DNA of 63,487 nt, filler included, from Candidatus Woesearchaeota archaeon CG1_02_57_44 (GTDB taxonomy: Archaea; Nanobdellota; Nanobdellia; Woesearchaeales; CG1-02-57-44): the NCBI GenBank assembly GCA_001871415.1. It is 5 parts of 5 records of this genome, joined end to end, with 100 filler letters (N's around TTAATTAATTAA, not from the genome) between each part and the next. Parts side by side here need not be neighbours in the genome. Positions count along the whole stretch, not along the records: positions 46,548 to 53,456 come from MNWW01000034.1; positions 53,557 to 63,487 come from MNWW01000018.1; 3 more parts are not named here. One strand, written 5' to 3'. The position numbers were made by a program, and so were the translations under genes. Below, piece after piece: positions 49,102 to 59,991 of this stretch (positions within the stretch are counted from its first letter, which is position 1; every line of letters begins with the position of its first letter). The notes under the pieces are model-generated. The model searched no databases, was not told the DNA's origin, and was given only the letters and a program-made list of their open reading frames with translations.

Positions 49102-50331
49102 GTGAAGTCAACTATGGTCGCACAAAAAAATGGATTCTTTATCATGCTGCTATTGGTAGCGCTCGTCTTAGCCGCTTGCCAGCCTGTCCAGGACAGCGCG
49201 GAGAACGCGACAAAGATATGGTACCCAGAGAACATCACCATTGACACGTCACCTCAGGCACCCTCTGAAAATACCGTGATGGTGGGCGATACAGCCGAAG
49301 TCATCACCATCACCATCAATGAGACCCAGCAGGTCAATCTCAAGCCGGTTGTTGAGGCGAGAGAGGGCTTACCCGTATCCTTCACCTTCAGCGCGCCGCT
49401 GGACGCCAACGGTGTCTGGCAGACCAAGGTGGGCGATGCTGGCGAATACCTCATCACCATAACGGCCACCGATGGGCTGACCACGGATTCACGCAAGGTG
49501 CTGCTCCTGGTGCGAAGCCTCAACAGGCCGCCGGTCCTGGGCAAGCTGGACGATGTCACGGTGCATGAAGGCGAGACCGTCTCCTTCAGCCCGGTGGCTG
49601 TGGACCCGGATGGCGATGATATCACCATCACCTACTCAGGATTCATGGAGACGAGCTCCTACACCACCAAGTACGGTGACGCAGGCGAGTACATAGAGAC
49701 CATCACGGTCAGCGATGGACGATTCACCGACAGCAAACGAGTGAAGGTCAAGGTGCTCAAGACCAATAGGCCGCCGGTGCTCAAGCCCATCCTGGACGTC
49801 ACCGTCATCGAGGGCGACCAGGTTGTGGTCAAGCCGCAGGCGATCGACCCGGACAATGACGCGGTGAGCTATGTCTTCACGGCGCCTCTGACGTCGGATG
49901 GTGTCTGGCAGACTGCTGCGGGCGACGCGGGAACATACAAAGTGAATGTGACTGCTACTGACGGAAAGCTCAGTGACACCAAGTCCATATTCATCCTGGT
50001 ATCCCGCAGAAACAAGGCGCCGGTACTCGCGTCGATTGAATCCAAGACCGTGAAGGAGAATGAGCCGCTCAGTTTTTCCGTGAGTGCGGTGGACCCGGAC
50101 AATGACCCGCTTTCTTACTCTGTCTTCGGGCTTCCCGAAGGCGCGGGATTCGAGGGCGCCAAGTTCACCTGGAAGCCGACGTATGAGACCGTGCCTGCCA
50201 AGGACGCGTCCCGCGATTTCAAGGTGACCTTCATTGTTTCGGATGGCCAGATGACTGACAGCAAGGTTGCGACTATCACGGTCGTCAACGTGCCAAGGCC
50301 CATCCAGATAGTGGATGTCAAGCAGGGATAA
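49102..50331 (+). CDS. Lipoprotein-like surface protein with four Ig-like repeats
   Basis: Lipobox-like LAAC; repeats of NRPPVL...V.EGE...DPD.D...T..GDAG.Y...SDG; paralog of 27741-29159. Confidence 0.8.
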   Translation: MKSTMVAQKNGFFIMLLLVALVLAACQPVQDSAENATKIWYPENITIDTSPQAPSENTVMVGDTAEVITITINETQQVNLKPVVEAREGLPVSFTFSAPLDANGVWQTKVGDAGEYLITITATDGLTTDSRKVLLLVRSLNRPPVLGKLDDVTVHEGETVSFSPVAVDPDGDDITITYSGFMETSSYTTKYGDAGEYIETITVSDGRFTDSKRVKVKVLKTNRPPVLKPILDVTVIEGDQVVVKPQAIDPDNDAVSYVFTAPLTSDGVWQTAAGDAGTYKVNVTATDGKLSDTKSIFILVSRRNKAPVLASIESKTVKENEPLSFSVSAVDPDNDPLSYSVFGLPEGAGFEGAKFTWKPTYETVPAKDASRDFKVTFIVSDGQMTDSKVATITVVNVPRPIQIVDVKQG

Positions 50332-50477
50332 GCCCTGCATTTTTCCTTCTCTTTTCCCTCTCTTTCTTCATCGCCTTTCGAGTTCTGCCAATAAAGCACT
50401 ATTTCTTTCCCCGTGCTCGAGTCGCGATACGTTGCCGACAAGAAACATTTATGAACCTCGGGTCACTGCCTGGTGGC

Positions 50478-50732
50478 ATGGCAAACCTGCGTGTATCGGC
50501 TCCACCTGTGATGTTCAATATCACCAACACACTTTTTTCACTGGTGGTCATTTACTTCATCTACCTGTTCAGTCAGCAGCAGGTAGGACCGGGATGGCAT
50601 CTGCTGGGCATCGCCGCGTTGGTGTATCTTATCCTGGTGCTGGCAGGTTTCTTTCTTTTCATTCTCCTCTTCACGGTCTCGTCACTTGCTTCCATGGGCC
50701 TTTGGCTCGCGTGGATGGGACGCAGGAGGTGA
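50478..50732 (+). CDS. Small membrane protein
   Basis: Hydrophobic 84-aa ORF after a TATA-like element. Confidence 0.6.
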   Translation: MANLRVSAPPVMFNITNTLFSLVVIYFIYLFSQQQVGPGWHLLGIAALVYLILVLAGFFLFILLFTVSSLASMGLWLAWMGRRR

Positions 50733-50899
50733 TGCTACTGCTTCGCTCCGCAGACCTATGGGTGATTGCGCTTGCGCTGCTGTGCATGACCTTGCTTGCC
50801 ATGGTCAAAGGATTTGAGGCAATGACGGTATTGCTTGGCATTGGCTTTGGCGTGGCTGCGTTTTTTGCCATGCGCATGGGCAAGACACCGAAAAGGTAA
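50732..50899 (+). CDS. Small two-TM membrane protein (55 aa)
   Basis: TGATG coupling with the upstream ORF and a GGAGG site. Confidence 0.55.
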   Translation: MLLLRSADLWVIALALLCMTLLAMVKGFEAMTVLLGIGFGVAAFFAMRMGKTPKR

Positions 50900-50935
50900 A
50901 AAAGAGGGCGCATGCCCAAGCGACAAGGTGATGAC

Positions 50936-51244
50936 ATGCTTGAACTGACAGAAGAGAACTTTCAGGATGACGTGGGTAAGGGACTGGCGGTACTCGACTT
51001 CTGGGCGCCATGGTGCGGGCCCTGCAAGATGATGGGCCCGGTCTTCGAGAAGCTTTCAGGGGGCATCAAGGGCATCACGTTCGCCAAGGTCAATGTGGAT
51101 GACCATCAGGATTTGGCTGCGAAGTTTCAGATAATGAGCATCCCGACGCTCGTTGTGCTCAAGGAAGGATCCGAAGTTGATCGTATCATGGGCTTTGCCG
51201 GCGAGGATGCGATAAGGGACTTCATCCAGAAGCACATCGATTGA
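50936..51244 (+). CDS. trxA: Thioredoxin
   Basis: DFWAPWCGPC and SIPT motifs; AGGTGA site. Confidence 0.96.
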   Translation: MLELTEENFQDDVGKGLAVLDFWAPWCGPCKMMGPVFEKLSGGIKGITFAKVNVDDHQDLAAKFQIMSIPTLVVLKEGSEVDRIMGFAGEDAIRDFIQKHID

Positions 51245-51311
51245 CCAGGGGCTGCTGGTCCAATTATCGCCCTAAAGGTTAATGAACATGTGCTGATTCT
51301 GTGTCAGTCAT

Positions 51312-51959
51312 ATGGTATACCACGGCGCGTCTCACAACCCTTCTGATCAGTACGGCGCTGCCACTATCTTCAACGCGGCGGAGACCCTCAATAGTGGGTA
51401 TGTCGGTTCTGAGCCCCTGCATGAGGAGCGCGCGCATACAGAGCAGTATGACGCTGACAAGGCGGGCTATCACGGAGGTCTGCCTGAGGAGATGTATTCA
51501 GCGCTGAAGGCCGCCAATTACTCGGCAGGCGGCCAGGATGTGGCGGGCGGTATCGCCTACACGGCAGGTCCGGTCAATGAGCTGGAAGCTGCCATAACAG
51601 GCGCGCGAGGCAAGCACTACACGAATGAGGACGCGGCACAGAAGCTCGTGGTGAAAGCTTTGAGCAATCTGGAGAAGGCGGCTGATGAGCACACGAAGGA
51701 TGTTGGCAAACCCGGGGCCCAGGGCCATGGTCCTGCCGACGATCTCTCTACGCTCGCAGCGTTCGTCCTTGCCCAGACCCAAGACTCGCAGGGTGATGAG
51801 ACGGATGCAGAAGCGGCATTAAAAGCTTCGCATCCCTGGTCTGATGAGAACGCGGCAAAAGCCCTGGGCGCATTGGTCGATCGTGCTCAGGAGGATAAGC
51901 ATGCCAAGCAAGTCTCAAGGGCAGACAATGATCAAAGCGCAGCGAAGACGCGCACATGA
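51312..51959 (+). CDS. Acidic hypothetical protein
   Basis: 215-aa ORF filling the space between trxA and gyrB. Confidence 0.65.
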   Translation: MVYHGASHNPSDQYGAATIFNAAETLNSGYVGSEPLHEERAHTEQYDADKAGYHGGLPEEMYSALKAANYSAGGQDVAGGIAYTAGPVNELEAAITGARGKHYTNEDAAQKLVVKALSNLEKAADEHTKDVGKPGAQGHGPADDLSTLAAFVLAQTQDSQGDETDAEAALKASHPWSDENAAKALGALVDRAQEDKHAKQVSRADNDQSAAKTRT

Positions 51960-52007
51960 TGGACAAGGGTACAGAGAAAAGTATATAAACCCCCCGAAGC
52001 TTGTTGT

Positions 52008-53456
<1,449 letters not shown>

Positions 53457-53556
53457 NNNNNNNNNNNNNNNNNNNNNNNNNNNNNNNNNNNNNNNNNNNN
53501 TTAATTAATTAANNNNNNNNNNNNNNNNNNNNNNNNNNNNNNNNNNNNNNNNNNNN
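53457..53556. other. Artificial contig linker
   Basis: N44-TTAATTAATTAA-N44. Confidence 0.97.
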
Positions 53557-54136
53557 CGATGCTCTCGAAGCCGGACTTGCTGCCCAGGGCAGAGAACCAG
53601 GGCGTCCAGATGTGGGCGGGGATGAGCTCGATATCCGGGCTTATCTCGTGCATATCCTTTGCGAGCTGCCTGCAGCTGTAGGAGCCGAGGATGGGCCTGC
53701 CGTCGGAGGCGAGCTTGCCCTTGCTCTGCAGGTGATGGCTGATGCTGTCGGCTGTTGCGAGGTCTGGCGCGAGGATGACCGTATGCACTTTCCTTGTCTT
53801 GTCGGCCTCGCGGTAGATGTTGCTCACTTCGACGCTGAGCAGGAAGGGGAGCGCGTTGTTGGAAGTTGGGATGGGCAGGGTGCCTACTGGCGTATCCACG
53901 GTCCTGCGGGGCGTGTGCCAGAGCAGGCCATCGCGCTCTTCACAGGTGTCCTTGAGCTCCTGCATCCATGCCGGATGCGTGAAATCGCCCGTGCCCAGCA
54001 GGCGCAGTCCCTTGACCTTCGCCCACGCCGCAAGCTTCGGGATGGTGATGGCCTTGCTGCACGCGCGGCTATAGCGGCTATGGATGTGCAGGTCCGCGAG
54101 GAGCACGTCGCCAGTGTCCTGGCTTCTCTGTCGCAT
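53557..54136 (-). CDS. PHP-domain protein of the endonuclease Q family, 3'-truncated
   Basis: ADLHIHSRYSRACS, GTGDFTHP, DGRP and IPAHIWTPWFS motifs. Confidence 0.85.
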
Positions 54137-54282
54137 AGCGCTGGCGGTATGGGTGATGATTGAAAAAGATGCGCTTTATTGAGTCTATTCGGCCTTGAGC
54201 GCTTTGCCGTGATTATTCCGATAAGTATATAGTGTTCTTACTGTTTGGTTAGTTATTTATAGGGGCTTAGTACACACCGGGC

Positions 54283-55017
54283 ATGCACAACGGCCAGCCG
54301 TTCCCGTTCCTTCTTGAGCCGCCACAGCACACGGGCAAGCTTGCGGTCTATTGTCAGGCGAATGGAAGCAGCAGCATGGCGTATGTGGTCACGGTCGTGG
54401 ATTCCGAGCAGCCACTGGCGCCCTCGGCGCTCTGGGGGTGGGTGCGCCAGCACCAGCCCATCAACTACCATATCATCTCTGGTCGCCTGCCTGTCGCAAG
54501 CAGCAGGCACGCCGAATACCTTGCCGGGCGCGCCAGCGAGCACCAGTTCGATGTCGCCACCATCGGCGGCCAAGCGCAGCAGGACGTGCTGGGCGCGCTG
54601 CACCAAGACTATCTTGACCTGATCCCTGCGGGTCGCCCTCTGCGTTCATTGCCCGGCGTCTATGCCGGCAGCGGTGACATCGACATCGTGCTGCCGTACG
54701 AGACCATCGTGGAATGTGACAACCCTGAGCTGTTCGCCAGCCTGCAATCCGTCATCGACGGGAGAGCACGTTATCCAGCCGCCGAGGTGCTTGGCATATC
54801 CCTGCGCATGGCAGAGCTGCTGCTGGAGCATGATGACCCGGATGTGGTGCTGGACGCGCTTGACACCTATGGCGTGCCGGGCCTGCACGCGCTGGACGGG
54901 ATCGCGCAGTCGGCCCGCCAGGCGGGATCCTCTCTCGCGGCGAAGGAGTACCTCGTCGGGGAACTGGAAGACCGCATCATCCGGCTCGCGCGGCAGGAGT
55001 CCGGGGATGCATCATGA
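54283..55017 (+). CDS. Hypothetical protein
   Basis: 244-aa ORF with TATA-like TTATTTATA upstream. Confidence 0.65.
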   Translation: MHNGQPFPFLLEPPQHTGKLAVYCQANGSSSMAYVVTVVDSEQPLAPSALWGWVRQHQPINYHIISGRLPVASSRHAEYLAGRASEHQFDVATIGGQAQQDVLGALHQDYLDLIPAGRPLRSLPGVYAGSGDIDIVLPYETIVECDNPELFASLQSVIDGRARYPAAEVLGISLRMAELLLEHDDPDVVLDALDTYGVPGLHALDGIAQSARQAGSSLAAKEYLVGELEDRIIRLARQESGDAS

Positions 55018-57726
55018 GCTATCCGCATCATCCCTTGCCTTCTGCACGCTGCGCTCCTTGAGCGCTATCTGCGCGAGGATCTGCTGGTGCATGCGCTGCA
55101 AAAACGCGGCCCTATCTTCTATCTTCAGGGTGTCGGCGACACCCTGCGTCACGAGGTTCAGGCTGAAGGGGCTGGGGAGCGGAACCGACAGCTCCTTGAC
55201 CTGCATGGTCCCGTCGCTGATGCTGTCCAGGATGAGCTGCGCGCGTTCGACATCCATGAGATCCTCGAGCACTTCCCTTCTCGCTTCTGCCAGTATCGGG
55301 AAATCCTGGCTGATGCGCTTGACCGCGTTGAGCAGTATCCTGCTGGATACCTGCTGTCTGCCGACGCGCTTTGTCCTGCCCCGATAGTTTCTCAGTATCA
55401 TCAGAGAGCGTCCAGCGCAATGGCGGAATCTTCGCAGCAATGTCTCTGAGCGGTCGATGGCGACAGCCAGCACTTTGCGCAAGGGCTCCTTCCTGAGCAG
55501 CTCAAAGGCGCGCACGGCCTGCACTTTCTTTGGGCTCTGCACAAAAAAACCATTGTCATTGTAGCCCACGGCGACATCGCGGCTCTGCAGGCGCGAGAGC
55601 GCGAAGCCGAGCGCGTGGCTGAGCGCGTGGTTGACACGACGCCCTGCGAGGCAATGGAAGCAGAAGGTCGTGCCTTCCTCTGTGCTGAAGATCTCTACCA
55701 ATAACAGGCGGTCGTGGGGGATCATGGAGAAGCGGTGCTGCTCGGCAAGATAGCCGTGGATACTGTCCGCCGTGGTCTCGTCGGCGTAGAGATAGTCCCG
55801 GATGAAGCGCACTATCTCCTCCTTGGCCATGTTCTGGTTGAGGCGCTCAGCGACGAGACGGCGGAACCTTCCTATCTCCATGGCCAGATCGAAGCTGAGC
55901 GGCAGCATCTCGGAGAACCACTGCGGCACGGTCGGCGGCCTGTCCGGGCTGGCGCCGCAGTAGGCGACCATGCCGCGGCTGAAGCGATAGGAGTAGACAT
56001 TGCCTCCCAGCACGAAGATGTCGCCGGGCTTGAGGCGCTCGAGGAACGCCTCGTCCAGGTAGCCGACGACAGCGTCGCCCACGCGCACCTCGACGTAGGA
56101 CTCGTCAGGGATCGTGCCGATGTTGGTCATGTAGAGCACGCGCGCCATGCGCCCACGCCTTCCCAACTGGCCTGTCTGCTCGTCATGCCAGATCTTGGCG
56201 TAGATGTGACGCTCCTCCAGCGAGACGTACCTGCCCGCCAGGTAGTCGATGACATCCATGAACTGTCGCCAACCAAGGTCACGGTAGCAATACGACCTGC
56301 GCACCAGATCGTAGAGCTCACGGTCTGTGGTCGTGTGCGCGATGGCCGTGCCATAGATGTGCTGGGCCAGCACGTCAAGGCAGTCATGAGGGATGTGGAT
56401 GCGGTCTATCTTCTTCTCCATCGCGCTCTTGAGCAGCACGCCGCACTCGACCATGTCGTCGCGATCCATGACGATGATGCGACCCTTCGCCTTCTCGTGC
56501 AGGCGATGGCCTGAACGCCCGATGCGCTGCAGGCAGCGCGCCACGGACTTGGGGCTTCCCAGCAGGATGACGAGGTCGAGGTAACCGATATCGATTCCCA
56601 GTTCCAATGAGGTCGAGCACACAACGCACCTGAGCTCGCCTCTTCGCAGGCGCTCCTCTATGCTGAGCCGCTGCTCTTTGCTGAGACTCCCATGGTGTGC
56701 GCCGATGTTCTCGGCGTAGAGCTGCGGCCAGCGGTCCTTGAGATTATGCACCACGCGCTCGGTGGCAGCGCGGGTGTTCGTGAACACGAGCGTGCTCGTG
56801 TGCTGCTGCACGAGCTCATGGATGAGCTCATACATCCTGCGATGGCGCGCCTCATAGGGCGTACCGATGATATTGCTGACCGGGCTCATCACCTGCAGGT
56901 CCAGCTCCTTGAGGTACTGCACGTCAATGATGGTGCAATCCCTGCTGGTGCCGACGAGAAAGCGCGCTATGTCTTCGATGGGCGCGATGGTCGCGGACAG
57001 GCCCACGCGGCTCATGTGGCCGGCCATCTCCTGCAGGCGCTCAAGCGCCAATGAGAGATGCACGCCGCGCTTGTTCTCGGCCAATGCATGCACCTCGTCA
57101 ACGATTGCCCATTGCAGACCCTCGAAGTGCGCGGAGAACTTCGGGCTGGCCAGCAGTATGGCCAAAGACTCGGGCGTGGTGATGAAGATGTGGGGCGGCT
57201 TTGCCAGCATCCTGCTGCGTTCTGATTGCGTGGTATCGCCGGTGCGCACGGCCACGCGGATGCCTAGACGGCGCTGCGCGATGGCTTCCATCTCCTGCAA
57301 CGGCTCTTTCAGATTCTTCTCGATATCGTTGCTCAAGGCCTTGAGCGGGCTGACATAGACGCAGTAGATGCGATCCTCAAGCAGGCCTTTCTCCTCAAGG
57401 TCGACCAGCTCGTTGATGATGGACAGGAACCCTGTCAGGGTCTTGGTCGCTCCTGTGGGGGCGGAGACAAGGACGTTCTGGCGGCTGTGAATCTCCATGA
57501 CCGCCATCTTCTGCGGCACGCTGTAGCAAGGGAAGCGCGAGTAGAACCATTGCTTGACGAGCGGATGCAGGATGCGGTCAAGCGTCTCCTTGGAGTCTTC
57601 TGACTGCTTGAAGGTGATGGCGCCTGCGGGTGGCTGCGTCGCCGGATGAGAGGCGCCGGTTGCATGGCCGCAGTCCAGTCCTTGTTTGCTGTCCGTTGCT
57701 TTCACCTCCGTGGCAAAGGCGTCCAT
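55012..57726 (-). CDS. lhr: Lhr-family ATP-dependent helicase
   Basis: APTGATKT (Walker A variant), SPLKAL, RTGDT, TTPES, DEVH, HHGS, SLELGID, QRIGRSGH and GTIPD motifs. Confidence 0.94.
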   Translation of the reverse strand: MDAFATEVKATDSKQGLDCGHATGASHPATQPPAGAITFKQSEDSKETLDRILHPLVKQWFYSRFPCYSVPQKMAVMEIHSRQNVLVSAPTGATKTLTGFLSIINELVDLEEKGLLEDRIYCVYVSPLKALSNDIEKNLKEPLQEMEAIAQRRLGIRVAVRTGDTTQSERSRMLAKPPHIFITTPESLAILLASPKFSAHFEGLQWAIVDEVHALAENKRGVHLSLALERLQEMAGHMSRVGLSATIAPIEDIARFLVGTSRDCTIIDVQYLKELDLQVMSPVSNIIGTPYEARHRRMYELIHELVQQHTSTLVFTNTRAATERVVHNLKDRWPQLYAENIGAHHGSLSKEQRLSIEERLRRGELRCVVCSTSLELGIDIGYLDLVILLGSPKSVARCLQRIGRSGHRLHEKAKGRIIVMDRDDMVECGVLLKSAMEKKIDRIHIPHDCLDVLAQHIYGTAIAHTTTDRELYDLVRRSYCYRDLGWRQFMDVIDYLAGRYVSLEERHIYAKIWHDEQTGQLGRRGRMARVLYMTNIGTIPDESYVEVRVGDAVVGYLDEAFLERLKPGDIFVLGGNVYSYRFSRGMVAYCGASPDRPPTVPQWFSEMLPLSFDLAMEIGRFRRLVAERLNQNMAKEEIVRFIRDYLYADETTADSIHGYLAEQHRFSMIPHDRLLLVEIFSTEEGTTFCFHCLAGRRVNHALSHALGFALSRLQSRDVAVGYNDNGFFVQSPKKVQAVRAFELLRKEPLRKVLAVAIDRSETLLRRFRHCAGRSLMILRNYRGRTKRVGRQQVSSRILLNAVKRISQDFPILAEARREVLEDLMDVERAQLILDSISDGTMQVKELSVPLPSPFSLNLVTQGVADTLKIEDRAAFLQRMHQQILAQIALKERSVQKARDDADSS

Positions 57727-57927
57727 GCTTTTAAGCGTGCCGCGCGGCCGGCCTGTGGCTACAAGGGGGAGTGTGCCGACAGTCTCCGAGTGTGCAGTGA
57801 TGGTGCTGTTGGTTGTTTGGTTGTTGCTGGTGCTTTCAGATGCTGTCAGGTCGTCCCTGATTCTCTATAATAATATATCCGCCGTAAAATTTAAAAAGGG
57901 CCGTCTGCCCAATACAGCATCGCAGTA

Positions 57928-59991
57928 GTGGACGGTGGGTGGATTTTGGGCAAAAAGGGTCAGATAACAGCCATCCTGATAGTCGGCATAGTCATAGTGC
58001 TGGGCTCTTCTCTGGTATTGTTCTCCAAGAGCAAGGCGCAGCAGCCGCAGCTGCGTATTGAAGAGGCGCCCACAGCGTCGGATCCCATCTCTGGCCTGGT
58101 GCAAAGCTGCCTTGCCACGACCACGACCAAAGGCCTCAAGCTCATCGGCCTGCAGGGCGGCTACGCGTACCCGGATGAGCGGGGCATCGCTCCTGGGGCT
58201 CACCCGACTGAGGGTAACGCTATCTTATTTCCTGATGACACGGGCTGGCCTATTGCCTCCTGGTGGTATCTGTCCAGCCCTGATGACTGTGCGACAGATT
58301 GCCAGTTTTCCAGCGAGCGGCCGGGCATGGACGTTGTGGCTGAAGAGCTGGAGCGCTACATCGTGCGCGAGCTGCGTCAGTGCCTGAATGTCGCTGTCGT
58401 ACCTGAGTGGGACATCACCTATGGCGATCCCATCCCCGCGGCCCAGTTCGTCGGCGACGGCGTCAGTGTGCAGTTGTCCATGCCGGTCACCGCCCAGCGC
58501 TCTGGCGAGCGCCTTGAGCTGAGCAGGTTCTATGCCACGCTGCCCACCATGCTTCCTCGCATGTATGCCCTTGCGACGGAATTGACGAATTGGGAAGCCA
58601 ACAACAGCTTCCTTGAGCTGCACACGCAGAATCTCATCGGCACGTACTCTGGCGGCGCGCTGCCGCCTATCAGCGACGTGTCTTTTTCACTCGATCAAGG
58701 GCGCTACTGGATAGCGCAGAATGCCAGAGCCACCTTGCAGGACGCGCTGCAGTCATATGTTCCGGGCATACGGCTGGAGGACGCTGCCAACTTCAGGCCC
58801 GTGGTGACCGCCAACCCGGTCGCGCAGGGATTCTACGACCAGATGGTGTTCTCACGCTCCGGACTCTCGACGCCGCATCAGGACATTGCGTCACACTTCT
58901 CCTACCTTGGTTGGCAGCCCTACTTCTCGCTCAACAGCGGCCAGCAGGTCATCGGGCCGGAATCCAGCAACGTACTCATGGGCATCCTGTCACTGGCCAT
59001 CAAGCGCTACGCCGCTTCCTACGACCTGAGCTATCCGGTCGTGGTGCGGCTCAGCTCGGGTGGCGAGGAGCTGCTCTTTGCGCTTGAGGTCAATATCCGC
59101 CAGAACGAGCCATTGTCGCCCGGCGCGCTGATATTGCCCCAAGGGCAGCGCCAGAGCTCGACGATGTTCTCGCCGCAAGGGGCCAAGGCCAATGTGACGG
59201 TCGTGGCGGTCGATGACGTCGGGCAGCCTGTCAGCGCCACGGTCGGCTTCGCGTCGGGCAGGGAATTCGGCATCATCGGAGAAACAGCAAGGTATCCTGT
59301 GGTCCTCGCGTTCCCGGCCGGAGCCGCGGGCAGGGCCGTGTTCACGGCACAGCAGCATCTGACGGTCAGCGTTCCGCTCGCTATATCAGGCGTGCACGAC
59401 GAGAAGGTCCTGCAGGTAGTGATGCCAAAATTGCGCACACCATCCGTCAGGGTGGAGAAGGTCTGGCGGCAGAAGATCAACAGCGCATGGGTGTACAACG
59501 GGACACGACAGGCACTCGCTGATGATGAGAGCGTCAATATCATCCTCGAGCGCGTGGGCGCGCAAGGCGAAGAGCAGCTCATCACCCATGCTGCTGTGAC
59601 TGGTCAAGGCAGCGCGTTCCTCTCGCAGGGCATCGCTCCGGGACACTACCGCATGCGGCTCACGCTCACCAAGACATCCGAGTTGTATATTCCGCCGACG
59701 CGCATCTGCCCCCCTGACCTGATAGGCGGGCTTCTCGCGGGTTGCACAACCGTGCCCAATGTCACCATACAGAATGAGTCTGTCATCGGAGGGACGGTGT
59801 TTGATGAACGGCCGGTCACGCTGCACGCGTCGAGCCTTGACGAGCACTCGACCATCGTGCTGACCGTGCTGGAGACGGGCATCTTCGCGCTCAACGAGAG
59901 CTTCCGGCGCATCGACGACCTCAAGGAGCTCTCGCCGTCAGAAGAGCTGAGCATCGCCTACCGCACTGCCTTGCTGCCGAGGTTTGAATGA
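57928..59991 (+). CDS. Large class III signal-peptide (pilin-like) protein
   Basis: KKG-QITAILIVGIVIVLGSSLVLF; SC...IGLQGG; C-terminal beta-sandwich-like region. Confidence 0.78.
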   Translation: MDGGWILGKKGQITAILIVGIVIVLGSSLVLFSKSKAQQPQLRIEEAPTASDPISGLVQSCLATTTTKGLKLIGLQGGYAYPDERGIAPGAHPTEGNAILFPDDTGWPIASWWYLSSPDDCATDCQFSSERPGMDVVAEELERYIVRELRQCLNVAVVPEWDITYGDPIPAAQFVGDGVSVQLSMPVTAQRSGERLELSRFYATLPTMLPRMYALATELTNWEANNSFLELHTQNLIGTYSGGALPPISDVSFSLDQGRYWIAQNARATLQDALQSYVPGIRLEDAANFRPVVTANPVAQGFYDQMVFSRSGLSTPHQDIASHFSYLGWQPYFSLNSGQQVIGPESSNVLMGILSLAIKRYAASYDLSYPVVVRLSSGGEELLFALEVNIRQNEPLSPGALILPQGQRQSSTMFSPQGAKANVTVVAVDDVGQPVSATVGFASGREFGIIGETARYPVVLAFPAGAAGRAVFTAQQHLTVSVPLAISGVHDEKVLQVVMPKLRTPSVRVEKVWRQKINSAWVYNGTRQALADDESVNIILERVGAQGEEQLITHAAVTGQGSAFLSQGIAPGHYRMRLTLTKTSELYIPPTRICPPDLIGGLLAGCTTVPNVTIQNESVIGGTVFDERPVTLHASSLDEHSTIVLTVLETGIFALNESFRRIDDLKELSPSEELSIAYRTALLPRFE

